From the human T2T-CHM13v2.0 reference genome, Homo sapiens: a stretch of 64,000 nt of DNA. The position numbers were made by a program, and so were the translations under genes. Positions 48,956 to 60,082 of this stretch are shown here, one piece after another. The notes beneath the pieces are model-generated. The model saw only the letters and a list, made by a program, of their open reading frames with translations. It ran no database searches and was not told where the DNA came from. The stretch lies in the NCBI RefSeq assembly GCF_009914755.1, contig NC_060947.1; one strand, 5' to 3'. Numbering within the stretch: the first letter of the stretch is position 1; each line of letters opens with the position of its first letter.

Positions 48956-49018
48956 TGTGTGTGCATGCGTGCATGCTTGCACGTGTGTGTGCGTGCGTGC
49001 ATGTGTGTGTGTGTGTAT
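48956..49018. repeat. Alternating purine-pyrimidine (TG/CG/CA) tract
   Basis: tgtgtgtgcatgcgtgcatgc...gtgtgtgtatg. Confidence 0.85.
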
Positions 49019-49519
49019 GACTGTTGGTTTTAGGTTGCATGCCTCTTTGGCACCCAGTCTAGGAGTATACAGGAGATAAAAAGAAAACTGAGGAAGCTCA
49101 CCATGTCCTGAAGTTCCCGGCCAGTCTGTCTTCTTTCCTGCTTTCAGTGTCCTTTTATCATTGCTTATTGAATAATTTCTAGGGTATAGAGTTGCATTTG
49201 AAGGAGAGGAGCAGTCATTTTGTTCCAGAATCAGAAGCCCCTAGTGTAGTTTTAAATTACATTTCTTGTAGTGTGAGTGAGGTTGAGCATCTTTTGATAA
49301 GTTTTTAAACCATTTTAATTTCTTTTTCTCTATTTCATTTTCTGTGAACTGTTAATATCATTTGCCTATTTTCACATTGGGCTGGGGGTCTTTGATGTAT
49401 TGATTTGTAAGAGTTGTTTTCGTATTCACTAGGAATTGCAGATATTTTCTCTTTTTATCTCAGTTTATCTTTTGACTTTGACTTTGACTTTGTTTATGGT
49501 ATGATTTTTGCTTTGCAGG

Positions 49520-49832
49520 TTTTTTTGTTTGTTTGTTTATTTGTTTTTTTGAGACAAAGTCTCACTCTGTTGCCCAGGCTGGAGTGCAGTGGCATGGTCA
49601 TGACTCACTGCAGCCTCAACTTCCTAGGTCCAAGTGATCCTCTTGCCTCAGCCTCCCAAGTAGTTGGCACCACAGGTGTGCGCCACCATGCCCAGCAAAT
49701 TTTAAATTTTTTGTAGAGACAGGATCTCCCTATGTTGCTTAGGTTGGCCTTGAACTCCCAGGCTCAAGCAATCCTTTCACCTTGGCCTCCCAAAGTGTTG
49801 GGATTACAGTTGTAAGCCACCATGCCTGGCCT
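49520..49832 (-). mobile_element. AluJ
   Basis: Reverse dimer with (TTTG)n tail. Confidence 0.88.
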
Positions 49833-51547
49833 ATTTTTTTAAATGCAGTTAAATATATCAGCCTCTTCCATAGCTTCTGGGTTTTGTGTCATTCTTAGAA
49901 TGGCCTCCCTATTTCAAAATTTTATTTTTAAAAATCTCCTTTTTGGTCTTCTACTACTTTCATGATTTTAATTTTTATTTTTAAATCTTTGGCTTATCTG
50001 GAATTCATTTTGGTGTAAGTTTGGGTTAGTGTATCCAGTTGTCCCAAAGCGTTTATTGAGTAATCCATTATTTCCTCACTGCTTTGGAATGCTAATTCTT
50101 GTTTTTTTTTTTTATTTTTAATTGTGGTTAAAACCACAACATAAAATTTACCATCTTAACCATTTTTATGTGTACAATTTAGTAGTGTTAAGTATATTCA
50201 CATTGCTGTGCAACAGATTTCTAGAACTCTTTCATCTTGCAGAACTGAAACTCTATACCCATTAAACAACAACTCTCCATTGAAATGTTACCATTTTATC
50301 ATAAACTAATTTCCCATCTTCTTTATTCTTCCTGGACCACTGTCACAGCTTTCTAGAATCACCATAATTCCAATTTGTCATGCACACCATTGCCCGATTA
50401 ATTTTCCTCATGCAAGCTCTGACCACAACTCTTCTTCATTTAAAACCTTCAGAGGCCCTCTCTGACACTGCAATTGAGATTAAACCCCCATGATACCCTT
50501 TCATTGTGCCCTGTACCTTTTCTTCCTATCACTTCTCATGATTTGTAATTTTAATTATCTGCATGATCACTTGACTACTGGCTATCTCCTTGCTAAACTT
50601 GAAGTTTCATGAGAGCAAGGACAATGTGCTTACCACATATTCCCAGTGCTTAGCATTGTTCCTGGCACAAAGTAGGTGCTCAGTCCTTATTTGTGGAATG
50701 AGAGATTGTCCCTTACCTGTGGAATAAAGTATTAACAACTGCAGGATCTGATTTTACCCTACCTCCTCTCGGTCCTCTGCTCTTTGAGGAAGTCAAGCTG
50801 TGGGACTTCCTTGACAGAGGCTTGGGTTTTCTAACATTTTGTTCTGGTTTACATCATGCCCTGATTTTATCTTTGTATTTGTGCTCCAATTGCCCCCTCA
50901 TCCTGGAGGCCATGCCATCCACTCAAGCCCCCACCAGCATTGCTGCTTGATGGAAATACAGTTCATCTTTCAAGGCTATGGCTATCTCCACCACTGAGCT
51001 ATGAGTTCCTGGAATGCAGGAACGGGGTTCTCTCTAGTTTGTCCCTAGGGAGCAGCACTGCTCCTGGGCTCTAGGAGGTGCTCTTGGCTACACATTTGTT
51101 CTGAGCAGCAAGCTCCTTGCGGGTAGATAGTGTTCTTTACTTGTGTACATCTGGGTACCTTGCCTCCTAGCCCCCAGGGCCTATTCCAGGCCAGGACTTG
51201 GAGTTGGCTTCAGGAATCTTCTAGTAACCTAATGAATGACTGCGTCTGGTGTGAATATGACCTCTATGGCAAGGACTGAGACTTGCCTGCCTTTCCTCCA
51301 CTGTGCCTTGTGGGTTCCCTTACTCCCTCTCCTTCTCTAGCAATAAAGTTACTGACCCATGCCCTCCTCATCTGCCCCTGTGCAGGGCCTTGACTCTCCC
51401 TTCAGGATGTCCCATGCCTTCTCCCTCCAAGCTCTCTGGAGAGGAGGCTGCTCCGTTGGCCACATTTCTGGCCACTGGCACCAGGAGGCAGGGTTGCCAT
51501 GCCAAAGTTCCTGCTCTCCCTCCCCATTCAGAAGCACCTTCTCTAGG

Positions 51548-52041
51548 TTTGATGGGTAATTTTGTATGTCAATTTGACTGGGCTAAGGACATTGATTGCT
51601 GATCAAACATTTCTGTGTGTGTCTGAGAGGGTGTTTCTAGAAGAGATGAGCATGTGAATGGGTAGACTGAGGACAGAAGATCACCCTCAGCAATGTGGGT
51701 AGGCATCATCTGATCTGTTGAGGGCCCAAGTAGAACAAAAAGACAGAATAAGGGTGAATTTCTTTCTGTCTAAGCTGGGACATCATTTTCTCCTGTCGTT
51801 GGACCTCTGTGCTCCTGTTTCTCAAGCCTTCAGACTCAGACCAAGGCTTACACCATTACTATCCTCCACCTTTTCAGGCCTTCAGACTCCGATGAATTAC
51901 ACCACTGGCTTGCCTGGTTCTCCAGCTTGCAGACAGAAGACTGTGGGACTTCTCAGCCTCTATAATCTTGTGAGCCAACATATGTATATCTGTATATCTC
52001 TATCCTATTTGTTCTGTTTCTCTGTAGACTCTGGTTAATAT
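51548..52041 (+). mobile_element. MLT2 (ERVL) solo LTR
   Basis: tgatgggtaattttgtatgtcaatttgactggg start; ttctgtttctctgtaga end motif. Confidence 0.85.
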
Positions 52042-54557
52042 ACTAGAGATGCTCAGGCCATTCCCCACCATCATCTGCCTCCCAGCCACACTCCTGTCAC
52101 TCCCATGATTCCAAAGCAGCCCATCCCCCTCCTGAAGGCACTGGCCCCTGGCTCAAGCTTCTCTCCACCCCAAGGGCTACTGCCATCCTGGGGGTCCCAG
52201 AGCTTATACTCATAGAGATTAGGGGTGGCAAGCTGGGGATCAGGCGCTGAATGCAGCCTCCTGACCTGTTTAGTTTGGCCAGAAGTGCTTTTTTTGAAGG
52301 CCCCAGCAGGGGAGGGACCCTGGGATCCTCTAGCCTTTCAGAGTTCGGCTCCATCCACATCCTGTCATTCTGCTTTAGCTGCCATGCCTGTGTCCACACT
52401 GCCCTTGTGTTGCTAGGAGCTGTGCAGATTCTGAGACCCTCCTTCACCTCCCTTCCTAGCTCCCCCAATCTTGCCCATGTGCAATAGATAGATAGGGCCG
52501 AAGAAGGATCCTATGACCTGGGAAGTCAGGTCCCTCCTTCCTCTCCCTTCCTAGCTCCCCCAATCCAGTTCCTGTGTTCTCCTCAGAGACCCAAGGCCCT
52601 CAAGCCTGCTCTGCTCTCCCCACCTTCTTCCAGCCTTCGTTTCTTCCTTTTCCGTTTTCCTACCCTTGCCTCATCAGCCCCCTCAAAACCCCATGTCTCC
52701 CTGTTCCCAGCCTTAGATGAATCTAACCATCTACCTTTATTGAAATCATCTTAAAAACAAGATGTTAAAAGTTGGTTAATTATTTGCTTTCCTACAAACC
52801 TCCAGAGATTCTTCCAGAGCCACAGGACTGGTGGCACTAAGGCGAAGGCTTGTTTCCAGAAGGCCCTATGGACTCTGCCTTTTGTGAACTTCTCCAACCT
52901 CATCTCCTCCCGTCCCCTCTGCCAGCCCTGTGACATAGCCTGCATGCTGAACTCCTGGTTTTCAGCCACTGTCACCCCTCTCATGCACCTGTGCCTGTTT
53001 AACAGCTGTTCCCCTCACTCATTCTTCCCTTGGCTGATTCAAGTCTTATTTCGAAAGCCAAAACTTTCTTCTGGTGGATCTACCTTTATGTAAGGACAGA
53101 GAGCAAGGCCAGCAAGGATGCACCACAAACAGATAAACAGTTGCTACCTCCGTGGAGAACCAGAGGCAATCAGGATTGAGGGGGAGATTTGGTCAAAGGG
53201 TACTTTAGCCTTATCTGCAAAGCTTCTACTTTTTACAAGGAGATTGGATAATGGATTTATTGCTTGTGAAATATGAAAACAAATAAAGCAGTTCAATACA
53301 AGGAGCCTTCCCCAGACTTCCCAGGCAGATGGAGCTGTTTCCTTTTCTGGGATTGAATAGCACCTTCCCCCTCTGTTCTAGGAAATGCTGTTTTATTATA
53401 ATTTGTTTGTGCCTGTCTTTCTCCTTCTGAGATGAGGAACTCCCTCAAAGGTAAACTTCATCTAATTCATGCTCCCAGTGTCTAGCAAAGTGCCTGGCCC
53501 AGAGCAGGTGCTCAGGGAGTGCTGAATCCAATCAACGCCCCTGCTAGCACACTCTTTTGAAAGTGCTTGCTAGGGGGCAGGCCTGATGCTAGTCCTGAGA
53601 GGCTGATTAGAGTCGTTTTCAGCATTCAAGGAAGAAGGCTGTCTGGGAGTCCGAAACATGGACAGAGTGTCCAGGACATTGGGTTGTATCAACATGAGGA
53701 CAAGGCTTTATCAGTGTATCACAAGGCCAGGATCCAGTGCAGTGCCACTGCCTTGCCACTTGGCATGCTTCTGAAGCCACTGCTTCCTCAGCAGTTAATT
53801 GAAAGGCAAGGGATAGATCGCCAAATGTTGAACTTGTCAAGCCTAGTTCTGATCTGTATCTCTAAGATGGAGAGGCCAGCTCAAACAGGGTGGGTCAGGA
53901 AGGTAGGAGTTAGGGACACTCAAGACCAGCTCAGAGTGTCCCAGGCTGGGAGGACTGAGCAGCTATGTGAGGAACCTGGAGAAGGCACCTCAAACCCCAG
54001 TTTAATGATGGGAGTCTCTTGCTTTTGCAATTTTCCAGAGAAATCTGAGCTCCCAGGTCACAGGATCCTTCTTCAGCCCTATCTATCTATTGCACATGGG
54101 CAAGAGGGCAAAGGAAAGGCCTTAATGGGTCAGTTGGATTGGGGCTAGAGAGTGGGTGGGGGTGGCTTTTACAGTTGGTGAAGTGTGTGCCACGTGGCCA
54201 GGAATGTGCCTTTAGACTTGGATGTGCATGTAGCAAGGAGGCTGCACAAAGGTCTGATCAGTCTCTCTTCCAAGAAAGCCCCCAACCAGCCCCTGTATGC
54301 CATGGTGTTCCTGGAGTCTTAGGGCAATGAGACCAGGTACTCCTGAGGAGATAGCCACAGTGGTGCTGGCAGCAGGAATTCAGTGAACAGCCCCCTTCAC
54401 CCTCCCTTCTCCTTCCATCCCATCCAGCTCCTTCCCAGCTAGCCACTCACAACCCCGCCATGGGCCTCAGAATTGCTAAAGGGACATCAGACCATACTAC
54501 ACATCATTAGATCTCAATGAAGAACACCTCTAGTTGGCCCGTCTCTTTGTAAGTAAC

Positions 54558-54593
54558 TTTATTTTTATTTACAACAGAATTGGTGGCTTTATT
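54558..54593 (-). terminator. CITED1: CITED1 polyadenylation signals (three AATAAA)
   Basis: tttatt on the plus strand at 54558, 54564 and 54588, within about 60 nt of the stop. Confidence 0.88.
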
Positions 54594-54618
54594 CCTCCAT
54601 CTTTAGGGACACTTGGCA

Positions 54619-55140
54619 TTAGCAGCTAGATGGAAAGTCCGCAGTGAAGTCAAACTCATTCTGCCCCAGCCACAGCTCCGGAAGCTCATTGGCTCGGTCC
54701 AACCCCAGTTCCACCACCAGCGACATCAGCACTTCCTCATCCACTGGGTCCGAATCGATGATAGCAGGGCTCTGGGCACCAGCAGAAGGAGAGAGTGATT
54801 CTGCCCCTCCCGCCTGGGCCCCAAAGTCCCAGTTTTGCAGGGGTCCTGCCTCCCCGGGTTGGCCTGGAGTGGCAGCAGCCATCCCCTGATACTGGCTATT
54901 AAGTTTCTGCAGCTGCATACTAGCCAGCAAGTGAGGGGCGGGGTGCAGGTTGAAGGATGGGGGTTTAGTGGGAGGGGTGGTTGTAGGAGAGCCTATTGGA
55001 GATCCCGAGGAACTAGTGGGAGCCCCACTGGCCTTGGTTCCATTTGAGGCTACCCCAGGGTAGTGCAGAATGGCCACTGCTTTGCGATCTTTCACCGCAA
55101 GGTTGGAGTAGGCCACGGAGCTCATCTCTTGGTTGGCATC
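54619..55140 (-). CDS. CITED1: CITED1 last exon coding part ([10 protein letters not shown]...DFPSSC*), including CR2 CBP/p300-binding domain
   Basis: tcttctag acceptor; ORF 54619..55125; CITED signature [37 protein letters not shown]. Confidence 0.98.
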   Translation of the reverse strand, partial: DANQEMSSVAYSNLAVKDRKAVAILHYPGVASNGTKASGAPTSSSGSPIGSPTTTPPTKPPSFNLHPAPHLLASMQLQKLNSQYQGMAAATPGQPGEAGPLQNWDFGAQAGGAESLSPSAGAQSPAIIDSDPVDEEVLMSLVVELGLDRANELPELWLGQNEFDFTADFPSSC

Positions 55141-55705
55141 CTAGAAGACAGAGAAAAGCACACCATAGTAATCCTGCTCCTGGCTTGTCCTTCACCATTC
55201 AGCAGATTTAGAAGGTTCCTACCTGCACTTCATTTGGGACTAGAGGTGGAGAGGTAGCAAGACGACCCCCTTGAAAATTAGGCTCCCACCTCAAGCATCC
55301 TTTTGCTGCCATGGCTCTGAGCACTGAGGCCAGAGCCCAGTTACAGTGCTGGAGCACCTGCCATCCTAAGTGGGTTCACTGCTTTCAGCTCCTTCCCCAT
55401 AGCCTCCACCTCACCATCCTAAAAAGGGCACCTCCTGTCCCTCTTCTCAGCCTCACTTTAGTCTCTTCAACAGAGTGGTTTTGCTCCTACTCAATTTCTC
55501 TGCTCCCTTCCCTGCCATCTTTCAACACCCCTAGTGGGTTCAATCTGACCACAATTTAGGCAGAAGCTGTTCTCATTCTCCCCAGAGATAGTCCTGTTGT
55601 CTCCTCTCTGCTCAAGGACACTGGGTAATGCACCTAGGAGGGCCTGGCCCATGACCCCGGAAAATTTGTCTTTCCCTGCCTCATCTGTAAAATGGCAAAA
55701 ATTAC

Positions 55706-55765
55706 CTCCTTCGCAGGTGAGGTGCCACCCTTGACATCAAGTGCAGGCCTCGACGTTGTTGGCAT
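55706..55765 (-). CDS. CITED1: CITED1 first coding exon of the 193-aa form (MPTTSRPALDVKGGTSPAKE); exon spans 55706-55830
   Basis: ttgcag acceptor at 55831, GAG|gtaatt donor; 20+173 = 193 aa. Confidence 0.97.
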
Positions 55766-56827
55766 TTCAGAGCCTTGGCAGAAGTTGGATAAATTGGCGG
55801 GAAGTGATGCTGCCAGCTGGAGCTGTTGTGCTGCAAGTGAGGAAGAAGCAGTGGTAAGGGCAAAAGGCTTCACTGACCAACAAAGCACTAGCAAAGCCCA
55901 AAGCAGGGCAATGCCACGCAGCTATGAGGCAAGGATGGTGACTGAGTTAGAATCAAGACCAGAGATCACCCGAGCACAGGGAGGAGATCAAGCTGGAACT
56001 TTTGCCTGAGGCAGGAAAGGTGCTTGATTCGGCCAGGTACTGCCCAGGCAGCCACCTACCCATATCACCAAGATGGGACATACTGCTTCCTCATGCAAGT
56101 GACTTCACAGTCCCAAGGTGTATGTGTGGGGGTGAGGGTGGCACTGTTCCTGGTTCAGAGGACAGGAATGTCCCTGAGTAAGCAACATATTGTCTCAATG
56201 GGCTACTAGCATCCAGGCTGGAGAGTTGGGGCCTCCACTGGGACTGGGAGAATGTGAGAAGAAGTCAGGGCAAGGAAGACCTAGAAAGCTAGAGGCTGCA
56301 GCACAGGGAAATAACAAGTCTCTAGCGCAAATGTCATGGAGCTCCAAAGCATGACCTTGGGCATGCCTGTGAGAAGCCAGGCTGATTAGGGTGGTCTGGG
56401 GGCTCTGAGGCAGCTGGAGCCAGAGAAGCTAGGAATGTGTCACTTTCCTCCATGTCTCAAGCCCCCTCCAAGACAGCCCCAGCATTGGGCTTTCCTAGGA
56501 TGCCTACCCCAGAAACCTGAGTCCAGCCATTCCCATCTATAGTGACAAGTGAGGCACAGAGATTCAATGCCTTTTTAGTCAGGTAGCAGCGGTTCTGGGA
56601 GCAGAATCTAGCACCCCTATGGCCACATGCCTCACCTGACCACTGGCTAAGTCATCATATCTAGCTGGATTCAAAAGGCTTCCAAAGAAGTGATTCCCTG
56701 GCTCAAGTGCCAAAGGATAAGGGAATGAAGGCAAAAGAATACCTCCAAACCAGAAAATAAACAAACCTCTGAAAATCTCAACTTATTTTCCTGGAGGCCT
56801 GTTTACAAAGAAGAAAAAAATGTCCCA

Positions 56828-56958
56828 TAGCTAGGCACAGTAGCACCCTCCTGTAGTCTCAGCTACTCAGGAAGCTGAGGTGGGAGGATCACCTGAGCCC
56901 TGGAGTTTGATACCAGGCTGGGCAACATAGCGGGACCCTATCTCTTTAAAAAAAAAAA
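56828..56958 (+). mobile_element. Alu monomer (FLAM-like) in a CITED1 intron
   Basis: Single arm with A tail. Confidence 0.8.
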
Positions 56959-58197
56959 GCCCCATATATTCTAGCTTTCATGATCAATTAGAGATGTAGA
57001 ATTTCATATTTATAAATACCTCTTGGTCCAAAGAATCTTGAGGACCTTAAAAAGAGTCTCTAATCTTTCCAAGGAGGCTAGAATTCTCCGTGACACTCTC
57101 CACTCCGCAGCGGTCATTAAGAATCTGCTCAGACACTTCTAGAAAGTGGCCACTTACTACCTCTCTGTATCATCTTTGCATTGCTTACTTGGGTGGATGG
57201 GGGTAGGGGAGGGAAAAAATAGAGAAAGGGGTAAACATTTTTTTAAAAACATGAGGAAAAAATATCAGCTGTTGGGTCCCGCATCATTGCTTGATTGAAG
57301 CCCTGCTCCTTCTCTGAGGCAACCGTAGAAAAATATTTCAAAAGCAAGTGATCACCAGACAAGAAGTCTAACACATGTCGTCTTCAAGAGCCCTAGCACA
57401 ATCAGTATCAGACAATTTTCCTGTCCTAAGAAAAATGTCTGGGGGCCCTGTCCATCTTTTCCTGTTCCTATCCAGCCTTCCCTCTCCTTTTTGCCGCTTG
57501 GTACCCGAATGTACAAAACGAAGAAAAAACAACAGGAGCAGCAGCAACAACAGCAAAACCAAAAGAGAAACATTAGAAAAATCAAAAGAGAGAACGAGCA
57601 AAAAAACTCTCTCTATTCTGATATCAGTTCGTGGGGGAAGACCATTTTACCGCGCCTCCCTCTTCAATCTGGGAGCTCCCCCAGAAGAGGCCCTGTGTCC
57701 ATTCAGATCTTCTGCCTTCCATTACTGACCCACCACCCACCCTGACCCCAGCCTGGGTCTGCGCTCAATAGGCGCTCAGTAAGTGTTGTTGAATGCGTCT
57801 GAAGAAGCAATCGCATTTCCATCGGCATCCCTGGCTCTGCTTCCCCGGCTTTCTGCCCTCCTCCACCACCCTCTAGCCCATTCGTGGGCAAAACTTGGCA
57901 ACGCGGAAACGTCCCAGCCCGCTCTCCAAGCCGCGAGCTGACCACTGCGAAACGGCTGCGACAGGCGGCTGGGAAACCTAGAGCAACAAGTGCCTTCTCG
58001 CCGGCTGATGCCTGGCGGCCCCCCGGCCACCAGTTCCCAGTCCCGCTGCCCGCTCTTCGCTTCAGGCCTTCCCTTGGGCGAGCAGCCCCCTCCCGCCTAG
58101 ACAGGGGTGGGAAGGGGAGAGGGAAAAGAGAAGGGAGAGGCAGGTGGGGGCCTCATCTTTAACCTGTTGGGGGACCAAAAGTTAAAATGGCACCAAC

Positions 58198-58210
58198 CGG
58201 ATGGTTCCAT
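58198..58210 (-). CDS. CITED1: CITED1 upstream ATG exon (ATG GAA CCA TCC G); exon about 58198-58311; gives a 219-aa isoform
   Basis: Kozak gagATGG, donor CCG|gttggt, acceptor ttttcag at 58312; 13+65 nt = 26 in-frame codons MEPSAQQLQLAASLPANLSNFCQGSE. Confidence 0.8.
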
Positions 58211-58579
58211 CTCGATTGCTATTTTCTCACTCAGAAGGAGAAATTTAAAAATCCAAACAGCACTGCGGCTTGGCTTGGACGCGCTCTAACCAGACCAGTC
58301 AGTTTCGCCACCTGAAAACTAAAGGCCCGTTGTTTGCGGACAGCTCGGCTGCCCTCCTCGCCGCATCCCAGATGGAGCCGCGGAACCGGGGGCGGCCGGG
58401 AGCATCCCTTGCACGGCGGGCGCGTGCACCCAGGCCACCGGGGCCCTGAGCGTCCGTTCCCGCAAGTGCTGTATCAGGAACTGATCTTAGAGACAGGATG
58501 GACAGGCAGGAAGGGGCACGGGGTGTCGGCCTCCGCGGCGAGTCCGCACTCCGGCGCCGGCTGCTGCCACTCTCGCGCC

Positions 58580-58800
58580 TGATCAACACTTACTGAGCGC
58601 CCGCTGAGCATCCGACGCGGCAGCAGGCTGAGCCTATCCCCTAGCCAAGCCGCCTGCGGTCAGTGCTAAAACCCCGCTAGGAGAAGAGTGAGAGAGGCTC
58701 GGAGAGGTGCGGTAACTTGCCCAAGGTCACAGCGCTAGAAAGTGGCGGAGCCGGGATTCGCAGCCAGGTCTCTCTGACTCCAAGTCCGGTGCTCTGCGAA
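58580..58800 (-). mobile_element. GC-rich MIR inside the CITED1 CpG island
   Basis: gtaacttgcccaaggtcacagcgctagaaagtggcggagccgggattcg is the MIR core in reverse. Confidence 0.85.
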
Positions 58801-58833
58801 GCAGGGACTCGGCGCGCGGCTCGCCAGCCCGCG

Positions 58834-58839
58834 TTTATA
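58834..58839 (-). promoter_or_regulatory. TATA box, proximal CITED1 promoter
   Basis: cTATAAAcgcggg in GC-rich context, preceded by CA repeat and CCCCTCCCC boxes. Confidence 0.6.
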
Positions 58840-59372
58840 GGGAGAGGGGTGTGCGCGTGGGTGTGTGTGTGTGGGCGTGTGTCGGGGGAGGGGAGGGCTG
58901 AGGTCGACTGGGCAGTAGAGGCAAGTTGCCCAAATTCGCTAACTTCCATCCCGCAATTCCGCTGAACTCGGCCCGAAAAGCCCCCTCTTGCCTCAATTCC
59001 CCGAAGTAAATCTGAGCTTTGTGCAGCTCCGGAGCCAGAGCGTCCAGATGCGGTCCGGGAGATTAGCAAAGTCGGTGGAAGCCAAGCTGGAGAAAGCGCG
59101 GGCGCAGGGAGAAAAGGTGCTGCCGTCTCCCCGGGAGAAGCGGGCACCCGGCCCCGCTGGCCGGCAGGGGGGCGCGCTGGCGAGCGAACCCGAGCGCTGG
59201 CGGGCGGGCGGGCGGGCGGCCCCTCGCCCCCAGCAGAGCAGCTTTCCAACAGAAAGCAAGTCTCCCCAGAACCCTCCGGCCCGCCTGGCGGCCGCCCACT
59301 CCCCATACCCGCTCCACGGGAGTCCTCGGCCCCGCCGCCCAGCCCGGCGCCCAGCCCGGCGGCCCGGCTTAC

Positions 59373-59520
59373 CTCTGAGAAGCCGCCTGCCCTGGAGAGA
59401 GGGAAGCGCGGAGCTCGGTGAGCCGCAAGAGAGGCGGCGGAGCCCCCAGCCCCTGGCACGCACGCCGCCGCCACCGCTACCGCGAACCGGTCGCGCTCAG
59501 CGCCCGCGGCCGCGCCGTTG
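59373..59520 (-). other. CITED1: CITED1 candidate alternative non-coding first exon (5' end uncertain)
   Basis: Strong donor GAG|gtaagc at 59372 inside the CpG island. Confidence 0.55.
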
Positions 59521-59920
59521 GCCACCCGACCCCGGGGCGCCTGGGAAAAGCCCGCACCGCGCCGCGCCGCCGCTGCACCGCACAGTGCCGCGCCAAGCAG
59601 CCCCTGACCGAGCTGGTGCCCGCCCGCCCGCCCGCAGCTTCGGCGCCGGACTCCGGGGCGGTGGCGGTGGCGGCCACCGCGCTCCCTTCCCGGCGCTGGG
59701 GACCCGGCTCTCAAGCCCCCATTGCCGCCCGGAGAGCCCTGACGCACACGCACACGGCAGCAGACTGGCCTCGGCTAGGAATCCCAGGAAGGACAGACCC
59801 TTTTTTTCCCTTTTTTTTTCTCCCCTCAATTTCCACGTCTTTATAACCGGCTTAGGGCATTATTAGCACATGTCCTGGCTCGTGGGCGAGTTGGTGGCAA
59901 AATCTGAACTGGATACTCAC

Positions 59921-60050
59921 GGAGGGCCCGCGCGGGTGCTGTGCCGTCCGCTGCTCTCTTCCTCCTCACCGAGAACTGCCCCTCGCCGGCGGACTACAAG
60001 AGGGCAGCCGGGCAGAGCGAGCTTCCTCTCGGCAGCTCAGCGGTGCCCCT
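59921..60050 (-). other. CITED1: CITED1 candidate distal non-coding first exon
   Basis: Donor TCC|gtgagt at 59920; TATAAAAA at 60075-60082 about 30 nt upstream of the inferred start. Confidence 0.7.
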
Positions 60051-60074
60051 TCTGCAGCTTTGCCGCCGGGCACA

Positions 60075-60082
60075 TTTTTATA
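60075..60082 (-). promoter_or_regulatory. TATA box, distal CITED1 promoter
   Basis: TATAAAAA embedded in GC-rich context. Confidence 0.7.

Noticed and set aside
53567-54148. 193-aa plus-strand ORF next to the CITED1 3' end
   Set aside because: TTG start, no splice or domain evidence; the length match to CITED1 is coincidental
57527-57560. CAG/CAA-like run giving poly-Q in ORF 57491..57745
   Set aside because: Short, interrupted, intronic low-complexity sequence with no coding support
58677-59866. Long overlapping ORFs (358 aa minus, 292 aa plus)
   Set aside because: Inside a CpG island where stop codons are rare; low-complexity Arg/Gly/Pro/Ala, non-ATG starts, no recognisable domain
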